From Myxococcota bacterium (GTDB lineage: Bacteria > Myxococcota_A > UBA796): a stretch of DNA of 64,000 nt. The notes beneath the pieces are model-generated. The model had not been told where the DNA came from. It did not search any database and saw nothing but the letters and a program-made list of their open reading frames with translations. The DNA lies in contig JAYZVA010000140.1 in NCBI GenBank assembly GCA_036156175.1, positions 1,187 to 65,186 on the forward strand, written 5' to 3'. Of this stretch, positions 49,284 to 59,575 are shown piece after piece. Each line of letters opens with the position of its first letter. Positions within the stretch are counted from its first letter, which is position 1. A program made the translations under genes and the position numbers.

Positions 49284-52048
49284 TCTCCCCGCAACCCAAA
49301 CGCCGGAAGCGGCGGGTTGCTCAAGATGGGTTCTTCGTCGGTGTAGTCGTAGGAATACCCTTGGGTCTCAACGTTCTTGGCGTACGTCGCGTTCTGAATG
49401 TCCAGGTACGTCGTGAGCGTCCAGCGCTTGAAGACGTAGTCCTTGTCAATGCGGACATCCAGCGAGAAAAACGGCGGCAACCGGGCGCTGTCGCGCTCGC
49501 CATACACGGGGATGAATTCCCGCCGGTCGTGGTTGTACACGCGATTGGTCACGGGGGTGTAGGGGTTGCCCGAACCGTATCGAACCCGGGCCCCCAGTCG
49601 CCACCGTTTCGGCAGCTTCCGGGACACCAGTGCGTTGACCACCAAGGGTTGATCGTACGCAAACAGCGTGCGTTCGTCGCCGGGTCGGTTGACCCGGTCC
49701 GAACGGCTCACCGTTGCGGCGATGAAGCCCGAAGTGTTCGTCGCGGAGATGGTCCCGAGAAGCTCGATCCCGAAGGTGCGTCCGGTGCCTTCGTTGGCGT
49801 AGGGATCGGTGTCAAACGGGCCGGTCGGTGGCGGCCCGGAGTAAAAGGCGAAGCGATCCTCACGGCCCACGACCAAGTCGTCCAGCAGGTGGTAGAAGCC
49901 GGTCAAATCGAGGGTGAACCAACTCGCGATGAACTGCTCTACCCCAAGGCTGAACTGGTAGGCTTTCTCGGCTTGGAGGTCCGGATTTCCGTCGGATTCT
50001 ACGCCGAGCTGCCGGGCAGTGGGTGCCTGGGAATGCACGCCTGCACCGGTCGTGATGACGGTTCCATCACCGATCGACCACAGGCTGCGCAAGCGCGGGT
50101 CGATGCTCCACACCCGGGTGGAGTCGAGCAGTTGGAGATCGGTCCGCACGCCGGGATAGAGCGTCCAGTCACCGCGTCGCAGGGCCAGCTCGCCGTAGAG
50201 GCTCGGTTGCCAGATGTTGGCGTCACCGGATTCCGTGGGTGCGACACGGTTGTTCGACACGGTGCGCTCCGGTGGCCGTGCGATGTCGTACAAAAAGCTC
50301 GACCGGTTGAAATTCGGATCGGTCCCAACCATCCACCCAAGGCTCCGGTCCAGACCCAGTTCTTGGCCGATCTGGACGCGCGTAGACACGCGGAATTCGC
50401 GCTCAAACGCCTCGCTGGTGTTGTCGTTTTCGAAGAACTGCCGTTCGGGACCGGTGACGAGCGATGCCTCGAATGTCCGGCCGTTTCCCATGTCGCGGGT
50501 GTGGAGCCACCGCAGTTTTTGGAACTGCGTGGCAAATCCGGCAATCACCGTTTCGTCCTCGCCTTGACCCAAAAATCGAAATCGGTCGTCGGAGGCGAGC
50601 ACCAAGACATCGTTCCATCCGTTGTCCAGCTTTCGCGACCACCGCAGTTGTCCATCGTAGTACCGCGGTGCCTGGACCGTGAGCGTGCCGTTGTTGAGGA
50701 TGGGATTGAGGACCGCATCGGCATAGCTTCGCCGCGTTGACACCGTGAGGGAGTCCCGCTCGCCCACGCGCTGCTCGGCGAACACGGCGGCTTGGAACAC
50801 ATCCACCGAGGCATTGCCGTTGCTGCGTTCGGGGAGCGACGGCGTTGTTCTCAGGTCCACAAGGCCACCCAACGCTCGGCCGTACCGCACCGAGTAGCTC
50901 CCCGGCAAGAAGGCGACTTCCGACAGCAGGTCAGAAGACAAGACCGTGGTCAGGCCGGAGAAATGGAAGACGATTGGAATCCGACCCCCGTCGAGGAAAT
51001 AGAGGGAGTCTTCGGGTGCCGTCCCGCGAATTCGGAGGTTCCCGGTGCCCAAGGGTGGGCGGGCGATCCCGGGGAGATTCTGGATCACCTTCACCACGTC
51101 ACCCCCGGTTCCGGGCAGGTAGCGCACGTCCTCGGCGGTGAGCGTGCGTTCGGTGATCTCCGAGCGTGGCGCCAGGGCGGTCACGATGAGCTCCTCGTCG
51201 GCCGATTGGCCGGTCCGCACCTCGTCTCGCACCAAGAAGGCGTCGACCCGGCGCACGGTTCCCAGCTTCACTGCGACCGAAAACGCTTCGGGCACGTGAC
51301 CGGCTGCGGAAACGCCGATGGTCCATGTGCCCTCGGGCAGTCCGGAAAAACGGAACCGCCCCTCGGCGTCCGTTGCCGCAAGAACCCGTTGGTCGTCGGG
51401 ACCGACCGCGACGATGTCGGCATTGGCCAAAACGCGTCGCGGTCCGGCTTCGCGGACGCGCCCTTCGACCGAGACTTGCGCCGCCTGCGTGGCTTCAAAC
51501 ACCGTCCGGTATTGCAGCTGAAACGCCGCTGGAAGGCCATCGGGTCCGATCACGGGCTCGAATCGAAAGGACCGAGCATTCGCAACGGCCTCCGCGGCGA
51601 AGTCATCGCGGTCGTAGTCGACCGCACGAACGGCCGACACCGTACCGTCGGCCGCAACATCGATCTGCAGCAAGACCGTGCCACTGACCCCGTTGGCGAG
51701 CGGCTCCGGGGGATAGTTCAGCGCCGGCGCAAACACGAGGCGCGGCGCGCTTGTCGATTCGCCACGGGGGATCGCCGAATTGTCTGCACCGTCGTCGTCC
51801 GCCTCGGATGGGCCGCCTGTGCTGGGGGATTCGAGGTCAGGTGCACTGCCAGGTTCCGAGTTAGAACCTGCATCATTCGCAGCACCGTCATCTTGTGGAA
51901 CCGGGGAGGTCGGGCCGTTTGTCGCCCCGGCGGCAGTGGAGGGCACGCCCGCCTCTTGTTCGGCCTCGTTGGACCGACGGCCATCGTTTAATGGCGGACC
52001 AGCTGCGACCGACGCGAGGTTCAGCAATGCGACGAAAATTATCATCAA
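49277..52048 (-). CDS. TonB-dependent receptor with N-terminal TonB C-terminal-like and carboxypeptidase-regulatory-like domains
   Basis: Signal peptide present. A low-complexity linker is followed by a TonB_C-like segment (ALNYPPEPLANGVSGTVLLQIDVAADGTVSAV...FRFEPV). A CarboxypepD_reg-like segment follows (VEGRVRE...GRFRFSGLPEGTWTIGVSAAGH). A plug and a large barrel complete the protein. Confidence 0.85.
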   Translation of the reverse strand: MMIIFVALLNLASVAAGPPLNDGRRSNEAEQEAGVPSTAAGATNGPTSPVPQDDGAANDAGSNSEPGSAPDLESPSTGGPSEADDDGADNSAIPRGESTSAPRLVFAPALNYPPEPLANGVSGTVLLQIDVAADGTVSAVRAVDYDRDDFAAEAVANARSFRFEPVIGPDGLPAAFQLQYRTVFEATQAAQVSVEGRVREAGPRRVLANADIVAVGPDDQRVLAATDAEGRFRFSGLPEGTWTIGVSAAGHVPEAFSVAVKLGTVRRVDAFLVRDEVRTGQSADEELIVTALAPRSEITERTLTAEDVRYLPGTGGDVVKVIQNLPGIARPPLGTGNLRIRGTAPEDSLYFLDGGRIPIVFHFSGLTTVLSSDLLSEVAFLPGSYSVRYGRALGGLVDLRTTPSLPERSNGNASVDVFQAAVFAEQRVGERDSLTVSTRRSYADAVLNPILNNGTLTVQAPRYYDGQLRWSRKLDNGWNDVLVLASDDRFRFLGQGEDETVIAGFATQFQKLRWLHTRDMGNGRTFEASLVTGPERQFFENDNTSEAFEREFRVSTRVQIGQELGLDRSLGWMVGTDPNFNRSSFLYDIARPPERTVSNNRVAPTESGDANIWQPSLYGELALRRGDWTLYPGVRTDLQLLDSTRVWSIDPRLRSLWSIGDGTVITTGAGVHSQAPTARQLGVESDGNPDLQAEKAYQFSLGVEQFIASWFTLDLTGFYHLLDDLVVGREDRFAFYSGPPPTGPFDTDPYANEGTGRTFGIELLGTISATNTSGFIAATVSRSDRVNRPGDERTLFAYDQPLVVNALVSRKLPKRWRLGARVRYGSGNPYTPVTNRVYNHDRREFIPVYGERDSARLPPFFSLDVRIDKDYVFKRWTLTTYLDIQNATYAKNVETQGYSYDYTDEEPILSNPPLPAFGLRGEW

Positions 52049-52150
52049 TACTTATTCAAATGGTTCTTTTAACGGCAAAGTGGCGGAAAAACTCGCCCAA
52101 AACAAAAGACGTGATAAGATAATGAGCAGATTAGCAACTGGGTGGGACGC

Positions 52151-53086
52151 ATGGAAGACAGTGCCGTGATGAGCATCGGTGCCTTGGCTCGAGCAGTCGG
52201 GTTGACCGAGGGCACGCTCCGAAACTGGGAGCGGCGGTACGGGTATCCAAAGCCCGAGCGCACGCCCGGAGGTCATCGGGTGTACCGCCCCGAGGTGGTG
52301 CAGGTACTCAAACTGGTGTGCAGCGCGATGCGCATGGGCCACCGCCCGGCGCAGCTGCTCAAGATGAGCGAAGCGCAGCTCGGGGCGTTGGTGCAGCGCC
52401 AGGGCCAAGGGCAGGTGGTTCGGCTTCCAGCGACGGAACGAACCGCTCCCGACCTCGAGAACGACTTCATGAGCGCGATCCTGCGCTTCGATGCGGAACG
52501 CCTCTTCAAGTCGTTTCGAGCCCGCGTGGCGAAGTCGGGCCTGCTGCGGTTTGTGCAAGAAGATGCGCGCGAGATGATGCGAAGCGTGGGCGTGGCGTGG
52601 CAGCAGGGAAAGTTGGAGATCGAGCACGAGCACTTCGTGTCGGAAGTCCTGCGCGACTACCTCACCGCGAAGTGGCGGGCACTGAATGCCCACGCCGATG
52701 GCCCTCGCGTTGTGTGCGGCACGCTCGCGGGTGAGCAACACGGACTGGGCCTCCACTTTGCGGCATGCACGTTGGCGGCCAATGGATACCACGTGCTGTT
52801 CCTTGGAACGGACCTTCCAGCTACGTCGATTTGCTCCGCGGTTCGGGAGCATCGGGCCGTCGCCGTCGCGATATCGATGTCCGAGTTTTCGGAATCCGAT
52901 GCCAATGAACGGATGATTGTGGAGTTGCGGAACCAGTTGCCCGATAAGGTCGAGCTGTGGACTGGTGGCGGCGGGTCCGATGGCATCGCCGTAAGCGATG
53001 CCACTTTCACGGACCTCGTGGCATTCAGCGGATTCTTGGGCGAGCGGATCGACGAGCTACGCGCTCGGAACGACCAGGCGCTGTAG
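52151..53086 (+). CDS. MerR-family regulator with a CarH-type cobalamin-binding photoreceptor module
   Basis: The MerR HTH is MSIGALARAVGLTEGTLRNWERRYG. A Wx9EH motif is present (WQQGKLEIEHEH, 52598-52633). The lower-ligand motif ExHxxG is GEQHGLG. Possible starts are 52142 (GTG), 52151 and 52169. Confidence 0.85.
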   Translation: MEDSAVMSIGALARAVGLTEGTLRNWERRYGYPKPERTPGGHRVYRPEVVQVLKLVCSAMRMGHRPAQLLKMSEAQLGALVQRQGQGQVVRLPATERTAPDLENDFMSAILRFDAERLFKSFRARVAKSGLLRFVQEDAREMMRSVGVAWQQGKLEIEHEHFVSEVLRDYLTAKWRALNAHADGPRVVCGTLAGEQHGLGLHFAACTLAANGYHVLFLGTDLPATSICSAVREHRAVAVAISMSEFSESDANERMIVELRNQLPDKVELWTGGGGSDGIAVSDATFTDLVAFSGFLGERIDELRARNDQAL

Positions 53087-53260
53087 GCGAAGGTTCTCGC
53101 GAGTCAGGTCGACGGGGTTGAGCATCTTGTCCGTCTCCCGGATGGAGCGGTCTGTCCATGGAAGCATCCACAGGCACGCGCCGGTCGCGGCGAGCATGGC
53201 GACGGAGACGAATACGGTGAATGCGGCATCGATGGTTGCCGGGTCGGCTGGAATCGGCAT
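53057..53260 (-). CDS. Possible small single-pass membrane protein
   Basis: The start MPIPADPATIDAAFTVFVSVAMLAATGACLW follows AAGGGGG with a 5-nt spacer. Its 3' end overlaps the MerR-type gene by 30 nt. There is no homology basis. Confidence 0.3.
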   Translation of the reverse strand: MPIPADPATIDAAFTVFVSVAMLAATGACLWMLPWTDRSIRETDKMLNPVDLTRENLRLQRLVVPSA

Positions 53261-53361
53261 GGGAACCCCCTTGGTTTCGGCGGGAAGATGCAACCGTAGT
53301 GTTGTCATGTAAATAGAAAATTTCGAAAAAGAATTAAAAAAACACAAAGCGAGACGAGCCT

Positions 53362-53397
53362 GAAAACAAAAAGCCCCGGTTTTAACCAGGGCTTTTG
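53362..53397 (-). terminator. Intrinsic terminator downstream of sucD
   Basis: On the minus strand a hairpin, AGCCCTGGTT...AACCGGGGCT, is followed by TTTTTGTTTTC. Confidence 0.6.
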
Positions 53398-53420
53398 GGT
53401 ATTGAAGATGGGCGTCTTGG

Positions 53421-54296
53421 TCAGAGTCCCAAGACCTCTTTCATCTTCAGACCCATTTCGGATGGGCTGCGCACCACGTGGATACCGGCGGCTTCCATGG
53501 CCTGAAACTTTGCTTCCGCGGTTCCTTGCCCGCCCGAAATGATCGCGCCGGCATGGCCCATGCGTCGTCCGGGAGGCGCCGTGGCCCCGGCAATGAATCC
53601 CACCACCGGCTTGGTCATGTTTTCCTTGGCCCAAGCGCAGGCTTCTTCTTCCGCGGTGCCGCCGATCTCGCCAATCATGATCACGGCATCGGTGTCGGGA
53701 TCGTCGTTGAACAACCGGAGTGCGTCGGTGTGGTTGGTTCCGATGATCGGGTCGCCGCCGATCCCGATGCAGGTGGATTGCCCCAACCCGACCGCGGAGA
53801 GTTGGCCTACCGCCTCATAGGTCAACGTGCCGGACCGGCTGACGACGCCGATTCGGCCTGCGGTGTGGATGTGACCGGGCATGATGCCGATCTTGCATTG
53901 GTCCGGGGTGATGATGCCGGGGCAGTTGGGGCCGATCATTCGGGTGTTCTTTCCCTTCATGTAGGCCCAGGCCCGGGCCATGTCGTTCGCCGGGATTCCC
54001 TCGGTGATGACGATGACGAGCTCGATGCCGGCATCGACGGCTTCGCAGATCGCATCCGCCGCGAACGGGGGAGGCACAAAAATCACGCTGGCGTTCGCGT
54101 CGGTCGCCGCTCGGGCTTCCTCGACGGTGTTGAAGATCGGAATGCGGTCGTTGAAGAGCTGACCGCCCTTTCCGGGGGTCACTCCGCCCACCAAGTTGGT
54201 GCCGTACTCCAGCATTTGTCCGCAATGGAACGAGCCGGCGCCGCCGGTGATTCCTTGGCAGATGAGTCGGGTGTTGTTGTCGACAAGAACAGCCAT
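53421..54296 (-). CDS. sucD: Succinyl-CoA ligase alpha subunit
   Basis: Motifs are [19 protein letters not shown] and the phosphohistidine loop MGHAGAII. Confidence 0.95.
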   Translation of the reverse strand: MAVLVDNNTRLICQGITGGAGSFHCGQMLEYGTNLVGGVTPGKGGQLFNDRIPIFNTVEEARAATDANASVIFVPPPFAADAICEAVDAGIELVIVITEGIPANDMARAWAYMKGKNTRMIGPNCPGIITPDQCKIGIMPGHIHTAGRIGVVSRSGTLTYEAVGQLSAVGLGQSTCIGIGGDPIIGTNHTDALRLFNDDPDTDAVIMIGEIGGTAEEEACAWAKENMTKPVVGFIAGATAPPGRRMGHAGAIISGGQGTAEAKFQAMEAAGIHVVRSPSEMGLKMKEVLGL

Positions 54297-54299
54297 GTT

Positions 54300-55538
54300 T
54301 TACGCTCCCTGTGTGGCTGCAACAGCCTTTTGTGCGGCGTCAGCCATTGAGTCAGCAGTCAAGATGGGCAGGCCACTTTCCTGAAGGAGTTGTTTGCCCA
54401 AGTCGACGTTGGTTCCCGCGAGGCGGACAACGAGGGGAAGGTCGAGGCCGACGTCCTTCACGGCGGCAATGACGCCTTCCGCGATGACGTCGCACTTCAT
54501 GATGCCCCCAAAGATGTTGACCATGATGGCCTGCACGTTGGCGTCCGCCGAGATGATTTTGAACGCCGCCTTCACTTGGTCGACCTTGGCGCCGCCCCCG
54601 ACATCGAGGAAGTTGGCGGGCTCACCACCGTAGAGCTTGATGATGTCCATGGTGGCCATGGCCAGGCCTGCGCCGTTCACCATGCACCCGATGTTTCCGT
54701 CCAGTTTGATGAAGTTCAAGTGGTGCTTTGCGGCCTCCACCTCGGATGGGTCCATCTCACCGGAGTCGTGGATGGCGGCGATGTCCTTTTGCCGGAAGGC
54801 CGCGTTGTCGTCGATGTCGACCTTGGCATCGAGGGCGATCACTTCCCCTTCGGAGGTCACGATGACGGGGTTGATCTCCAGCATGGAACAATCCGCAGCC
54901 AAGTAGGTTGCGTAGAGGCCTTTGAAGAGCCGGCAAGCGTCCTTAAAGGCCGCGCCTTGGAGCCCCAGCTTGAATGCCAGCTGACGGCACTGCCAGTCAC
55001 CGAGCCCCGTGGCGGGATCGATGTAGGCTTTGAGGATGGCATCGGGGTTCTCTTCCGCGACCTCCTCGATCTCCGTGCCGCCCTCCGCCGAAACCATGAG
55101 GACCAGCTGGGAAGCCTGACGGTCGAGGAGCACAGCAGCGTAGATCTCGCGCTCGATGTCCGCGCCGGTGGTGACCAAAACGGTCTTGACGGTGACGCCG
55201 TCGATGCCGGTTTGTTTGGTCACCAACGTGTTGCCGAGCATCATGGCGGCGGCCGCTTGGACGTCGTCGATGCTGCGGCAGAGTTGAACGCCTCCCTTGC
55301 CCGGCACATCGGCTTCGCCGCGAACCACGCGGTCGAGGATGTCGGCCGAGTCCACTTCCTTGAAGCGCCCCTTCCCGCGTCCTCCGGCGTGCACTTGGGC
55401 TTTGACCACCCAGAAGTCGCCACCGAGTGACTTGGCGGCTTCGGTCGCCTCGGAAACGGTGGTGGCGGCGATGCCCGGAGGCACCTTGACGCCGTTGGCT
55501 CGCAGAAGGTCTTTGGCCTGGTACTCGTGCAGTTTCAT
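54300..55538 (-). CDS. sucC: Succinyl-CoA ligase beta subunit
   Basis: The true start is [12 protein letters not shown] at 55538. The ATP-grasp fold and [13 protein letters not shown] are present. The 673-aa track ORF is an upstream extension into gltA. Confidence 0.95.
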   Translation of the reverse strand: MKLHEYQAKDLLRANGVKVPPGIAATTVSEATEAAKSLGGDFWVVKAQVHAGGRGKGRFKEVDSADILDRVVRGEADVPGKGGVQLCRSIDDVQAAAAMMLGNTLVTKQTGIDGVTVKTVLVTTGADIEREIYAAVLLDRQASQLVLMVSAEGGTEIEEVAEENPDAILKAYIDPATGLGDWQCRQLAFKLGLQGAAFKDACRLFKGLYATYLAADCSMLEINPVIVTSEGEVIALDAKVDIDDNAAFRQKDIAAIHDSGEMDPSEVEAAKHHLNFIKLDGNIGCMVNGAGLAMATMDIIKLYGGEPANFLDVGGGAKVDQVKAAFKIISADANVQAIMVNIFGGIMKCDVIAEGVIAAVKDVGLDLPLVVRLAGTNVDLGKQLLQESGLPILTADSMADAAQKAVAATQGA

Positions 55539-55591
55539 GGCTGCCCTCGAATCGTCAGTGTGGTGTGGTTGGAAACCGAGTTGCCCTCGGG

Positions 55592-56755
55592 CTAGCTCAG
55601 TCGCCGAGAAGATTGGTTTTCGGCGATGTATGAACACCGGTAAATGGGCACGCCGCGTCCGTTGCGCATCCGCACCCGCTCGTCGACGATCTGCGCCGTG
55701 ATGCCGGCGATCCGTGCGAACCCAAACAGCAATGTGTAGTAGTCGGAGTCGGTCATTCCACTGGCGTTCAGCAGGGTGCCGGACACCGCGTCCACGTTCG
55801 GGTACGGGTTCGAGATCTTGGGGTTCTCTTTCAGCACCTTCACCGCGCGCTCGCGCATGGCCAAGGCCGTCTTGAACAGGGGGTCGTCGCCGCAGAGCTC
55901 GCGTCCGAGGCCGTACTGCACGGTGGCCCGGGGGTCTTCGGCGCGAAGGACAGCATGGCCGAAACCAAAGATCTTCCCGCCGCTGCCCAGTGTGTCGCGC
56001 ACGAACTGCTCGATTTCGTCGGGGTCGGTCGTCCCCACGCTCTTCACGAAGTTCAGGCACTCTTGGTTGGCCCGCCCGTGGAGGGGTCCGTACAAGCCGG
56101 CCATTGCGGCCGCCAAGCTCGAGTACTGGTCGGCGTGGCCGGATGCGACGGCCTTGCCCGTGAAGGTGGAGAGGTTTCCACCACCGTGATCCATGTGAAG
56201 GATGTAGAAGGTGCGAAGGAGCTTGGTCAGGCGATCGGCGTCGGCGCCCGGCACGCCCATCATGTGGACAAAGTTTTCCACCAGCCCCTTGCTTGGGTCG
56301 GAGGGAATGGGGTCTCCCCATCCGGATCGAACCCGGAAGATGTTGGCGATCAGTTCGGCCGAGCGGGCAACCAGGTTCAACCCATCTTCGTAGAAGTCAC
56401 CGGTCTTGCCCGTCATGCCCAGCAAGGTCAGTCCGTTGATGAGCCACTCCATGGGGTGGCCTTCCTTGGGAAGCGCTTGGAGGGTCCGCACGACGGCCGG
56501 ATCCACAGTGGCGCGCGACGCGAGGTTTGCCTTGAACGCTGCGAGCTCGGCGTCATTGGGGAGGTCTTTGTTGTAGAGCAGATAGATGGCCGCCTCGGGA
56601 TCGAGGTTGGCCAAATCGGCGATCGGGTACCCGACGTAGGACACGCCTTCTTGGGGATCGACCCGGCTGGTTCGGACGTGGCCGACGGGAAACCGTCGAA
56701 GGCCGGTGTTCAGGTGTTGCTCTGTGATTTCGAAGAGGACGGTTTCGTCGCTCAT
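55592..56755 (-). CDS. gltA: Citrate synthase family protein (short type, with deviant motifs)
   Basis: Motifs are [28 protein letters not shown] and [11 protein letters not shown]. Confidence 0.8.
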   Translation of the reverse strand: MSDETVLFEITEQHLNTGLRRFPVGHVRTSRVDPQEGVSYVGYPIADLANLDPEAAIYLLYNKDLPNDAELAAFKANLASRATVDPAVVRTLQALPKEGHPMEWLINGLTLLGMTGKTGDFYEDGLNLVARSAELIANIFRVRSGWGDPIPSDPSKGLVENFVHMMGVPGADADRLTKLLRTFYILHMDHGGGNLSTFTGKAVASGHADQYSSLAAAMAGLYGPLHGRANQECLNFVKSVGTTDPDEIEQFVRDTLGSGGKIFGFGHAVLRAEDPRATVQYGLGRELCGDDPLFKTALAMRERAVKVLKENPKISNPYPNVDAVSGTLLNASGMTDSDYYTLLFGFARIAGITAQIVDERVRMRNGRGVPIYRCSYIAENQSSRRLS

Positions 56756-56973
56756 GGTGTGCGCTCCCGTTCATGAGGAACTTCAGCCATATCCAGCCAG
56801 CGCCGGCCGCGCCGTTTGAATTTGTAACCTTTAGGCAGTCTTTGAAGGGAATCCGTGTTTTGCGTCACGCTTGGCGGGTCAATCCGGCCTGAATCCACCG
56901 CAGACCGCGAGTGTGCCCCGCCAGCAGTGATGCACTCGGTGCGGTGTCCTGATCCCCGTGATCGGATCGGGAT

Positions 56974-59517
56974 TCAGTCGGCCGGTGTGTGTTCGAGCAA
57001 GTCCACGCGGCTGCGGAGTTTCTTGTTTTGCTCGCGCAGTTGGTCGATGTCCCGACGCAGCTGGCCGGTGGCGCCACCGTTCTTGTTGGCGGCGTTGATG
57101 CGTTGGATGGCCTCGTATGCGCCTCGGCGCACGCGGCCATCGGACTGCCCTTCGTGGATGGCGCGCAGCACGCTGAGGCCCGCGGTTGACCCGGTCGTGC
57201 CCAGTGCCGAAATGGCGGTGTACTTCAGCCGAAATCCACCGGTTTGAACCAGGGCGATCAGGGCGTCGACGACGGCGGGCTTCACCGAGTCCACTCGCTT
57301 GGCCAGGCGACCCATGGATGCGGCTGCGGTGCATCGGGCCCGCTCGGGCTTGTCGGGAGCGGTCCAAGCCAGCAAGGTGGGCAGCACGGCTTCGTCGTGC
57401 GTCAGGGCCAAGCCTTCCAGCATTCGGCAAGGCAGCACCGCCCCCCAACAGGGTCGTTCGGCCACAGTCATCGCCAGTTCGACGGCGTGTTCGGCCTTGC
57501 ACCGGCACAGGGCCCGAATGGCGCTTCCCTCCACCTGCAAGGACGGGTCACCCTCGGTGGCGATCCGCGTCAGCACGGCTTCCACGTCCGGGTGGCGTGG
57601 CAGGTGGCCGAGCGCATCGACCACCGCGGCCCGCGCTTTGCAGTGCGGGTCTGGGGTTGCGGCAAGCAACGCGGTGCGCGCAGCGGCGGTTCCCAGCGTG
57701 CCGAGCAGCCGGGCGATCTCCGCTCGTACTCCCCAGAACGGATCGGCGGTCAACGCGTTGGTCAGCGCCTCGATGGCCTTGGGAGAGCCCGCCTTTGCAA
57801 GGGCTTTGGCGGCTCGGATCCGACCAACCACGCAAGAGTCGGCGGTCAACGAAGCGATGAGCAGCTTCGTCGAACCTTCGACGGTCATGTTGGAGAGCAG
57901 TCGGAAGCCGTGGTCGATTTCCACGCGGGACGGCTCGGATTCCAAGGGGATGGCCCACGCGCGTGTCCGCTCTTCGACGGGCAGGTTGATGGCCCGTTCG
58001 CCGTCCTTGGTGACGACCAGCAGTGCCAGATTGAAGCGGTAGGCCTCGGGCGTACCGGTTCCATTCTGCCGTTGCGTGACGGTGACCTTCAGCAGTCCCT
58101 TCGACCACCCCACCTTCACGGTCAAGGCCGGGTGCCCGGGGCTGAGGACCCAATCGCGGAAGAATCCATCGAGGTTTCGGCCGCTGGCGCGCTCCATCGC
58201 GACCTGAAAGTCTCGGGTGTGGACGGTCGTGTGCGCGTTGTCGTGGAGGTAGCTCCGTACGCCGGACCAGAAAGGCGCCTCGCCCAGCTCATTCCGCAGG
58301 GTGTGAACCACCAGCGCTGCCTTCTCGTACAGGTGGCGGTCGAACATGTCGATTGGCTCACGGAACTGGTAGCTCACAATGGGCCGCTTGTACCGGCTCG
58401 CACACTCCGCGAGGTAGTTCTTCAGGTCGCCATACAAGTGGTACATCGCTTCATCGGCGCCCAAGTCGTGGGTCTTCCACAAGACTTCCGAGTACGTGGC
58501 CCATGCCTCATTGAGGTATCCCTGTGACCAGTCCTGGCAGGTGAGCAGGTCCCCGAACCATTGGTGCGCAAGTTCGTGGGCGATGAGATCCTCGGCGTCC
58601 CAATCGAGCGCCGCGCGTTCATCGGTCAGCACCAAATCGGTCAGGGTGGTGCTCGCGACGTTTTCCATGCCGCCAAAGATGAAATCGTGCACAACGACTT
58701 GGTCATACCGTGCCCACGGATAGGGGTGACCGTACCGCTCCTCAAAGAACGCAATCATCGCAGGGGTCTTCCCGAAGATCCGTCGGAAGTCGGCTTCGGA
58801 CGTTCCCTTTGGTGTCAGATAGCGAACCGGTACCGTTCCGTTGGGGTCGGTGAACACCTCGAAGTCGCCCACGCACACGGTAAACAGGTAGGCGGGCATG
58901 GGTTCGGCCTGTTCCCACCGCCAGGTGTTGCCGTCTTGACCGACGAAGCGCCCATTGCCGATGGCCTGCATGCCGCTCGGTACCGTGAAGGCCATGGTCC
59001 AAGTGCACTTGGTTGAGGGATGGTCAATGCAGGGAAAAAAGTAATGGGCGTCTTCGTCTTGGCACTGCGACCACGCCATGGGGCTGCGGTCGGGCTCGGC
59101 TGCAGTGGCGCCCGTGAAGTAGAGGCCGCGGGTCGGCGATCCGTGCCATTTCACCGTGATGGCCTCGCCATCGCTGTGGACGCCCTGAACGGTCAAGCGG
59201 CCGTCCGATTCGCTGAACTCGAGGGCTGCGCCATCGCTGTTGGTGACGTCATCGATGCGCAAGTCGTCGAAGTCGAGCACCACATCGCCCATGCCAGTGG
59301 GAAGGGGCTGGATGTGCAGTCGCGCGGTGCCCTCCAGGGTGTGGGCCACGGGGTCAATGGTCAGCGCCAAGTCGACGTGCTTGAGAACGAACCCGCGGTC
59401 CGGCGCGTAATGGTCTGCGACGCCCGGCTCGGCAAAACCCGGGCCGGTATCGAGGGCGAATCCGAAGAACGCGGCTTCCAGCTGGAGCGACTTGTCGGTG
59501 AGAAACTGAGTCGGCAT
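56974..59517 (-). CDS. pepN: M1-family aminopeptidase N with C-terminal HEAT-like repeats
   Basis: The start is MPTQFL at 59517. GMEN and HELAHQWFGDL-x18-E are present. Confidence 0.9.
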   Translation of the reverse strand: MPTQFLTDKSLQLEAAFFGFALDTGPGFAEPGVADHYAPDRGFVLKHVDLALTIDPVAHTLEGTARLHIQPLPTGMGDVVLDFDDLRIDDVTNSDGAALEFSESDGRLTVQGVHSDGEAITVKWHGSPTRGLYFTGATAAEPDRSPMAWSQCQDEDAHYFFPCIDHPSTKCTWTMAFTVPSGMQAIGNGRFVGQDGNTWRWEQAEPMPAYLFTVCVGDFEVFTDPNGTVPVRYLTPKGTSEADFRRIFGKTPAMIAFFEERYGHPYPWARYDQVVVHDFIFGGMENVASTTLTDLVLTDERAALDWDAEDLIAHELAHQWFGDLLTCQDWSQGYLNEAWATYSEVLWKTHDLGADEAMYHLYGDLKNYLAECASRYKRPIVSYQFREPIDMFDRHLYEKAALVVHTLRNELGEAPFWSGVRSYLHDNAHTTVHTRDFQVAMERASGRNLDGFFRDWVLSPGHPALTVKVGWSKGLLKVTVTQRQNGTGTPEAYRFNLALLVVTKDGERAINLPVEERTRAWAIPLESEPSRVEIDHGFRLLSNMTVEGSTKLLIASLTADSCVVGRIRAAKALAKAGSPKAIEALTNALTADPFWGVRAEIARLLGTLGTAAARTALLAATPDPHCKARAAVVDALGHLPRHPDVEAVLTRIATEGDPSLQVEGSAIRALCRCKAEHAVELAMTVAERPCWGAVLPCRMLEGLALTHDEAVLPTLLAWTAPDKPERARCTAAASMGRLAKRVDSVKPAVVDALIALVQTGGFRLKYTAISALGTTGSTAGLSVLRAIHEGQSDGRVRRGAYEAIQRINAANKNGGATGQLRRDIDQLREQNKKLRSRVDLLEHTPAD

Positions 59518-59575
59518 CGAACACCCCCTTCGAACAGGATCGGGGGGTATCGCAACAATCGCGGTCAGGCCAGCG

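Noticed and set aside
55539-56321. An N-terminal extension that makes a 673-aa sucC ORF.
   Set aside because: The extension overlaps gltA in another frame and is Arg/Pro-rich. The canonical SucC N-terminus MKLHEYQAK starts at 55538.
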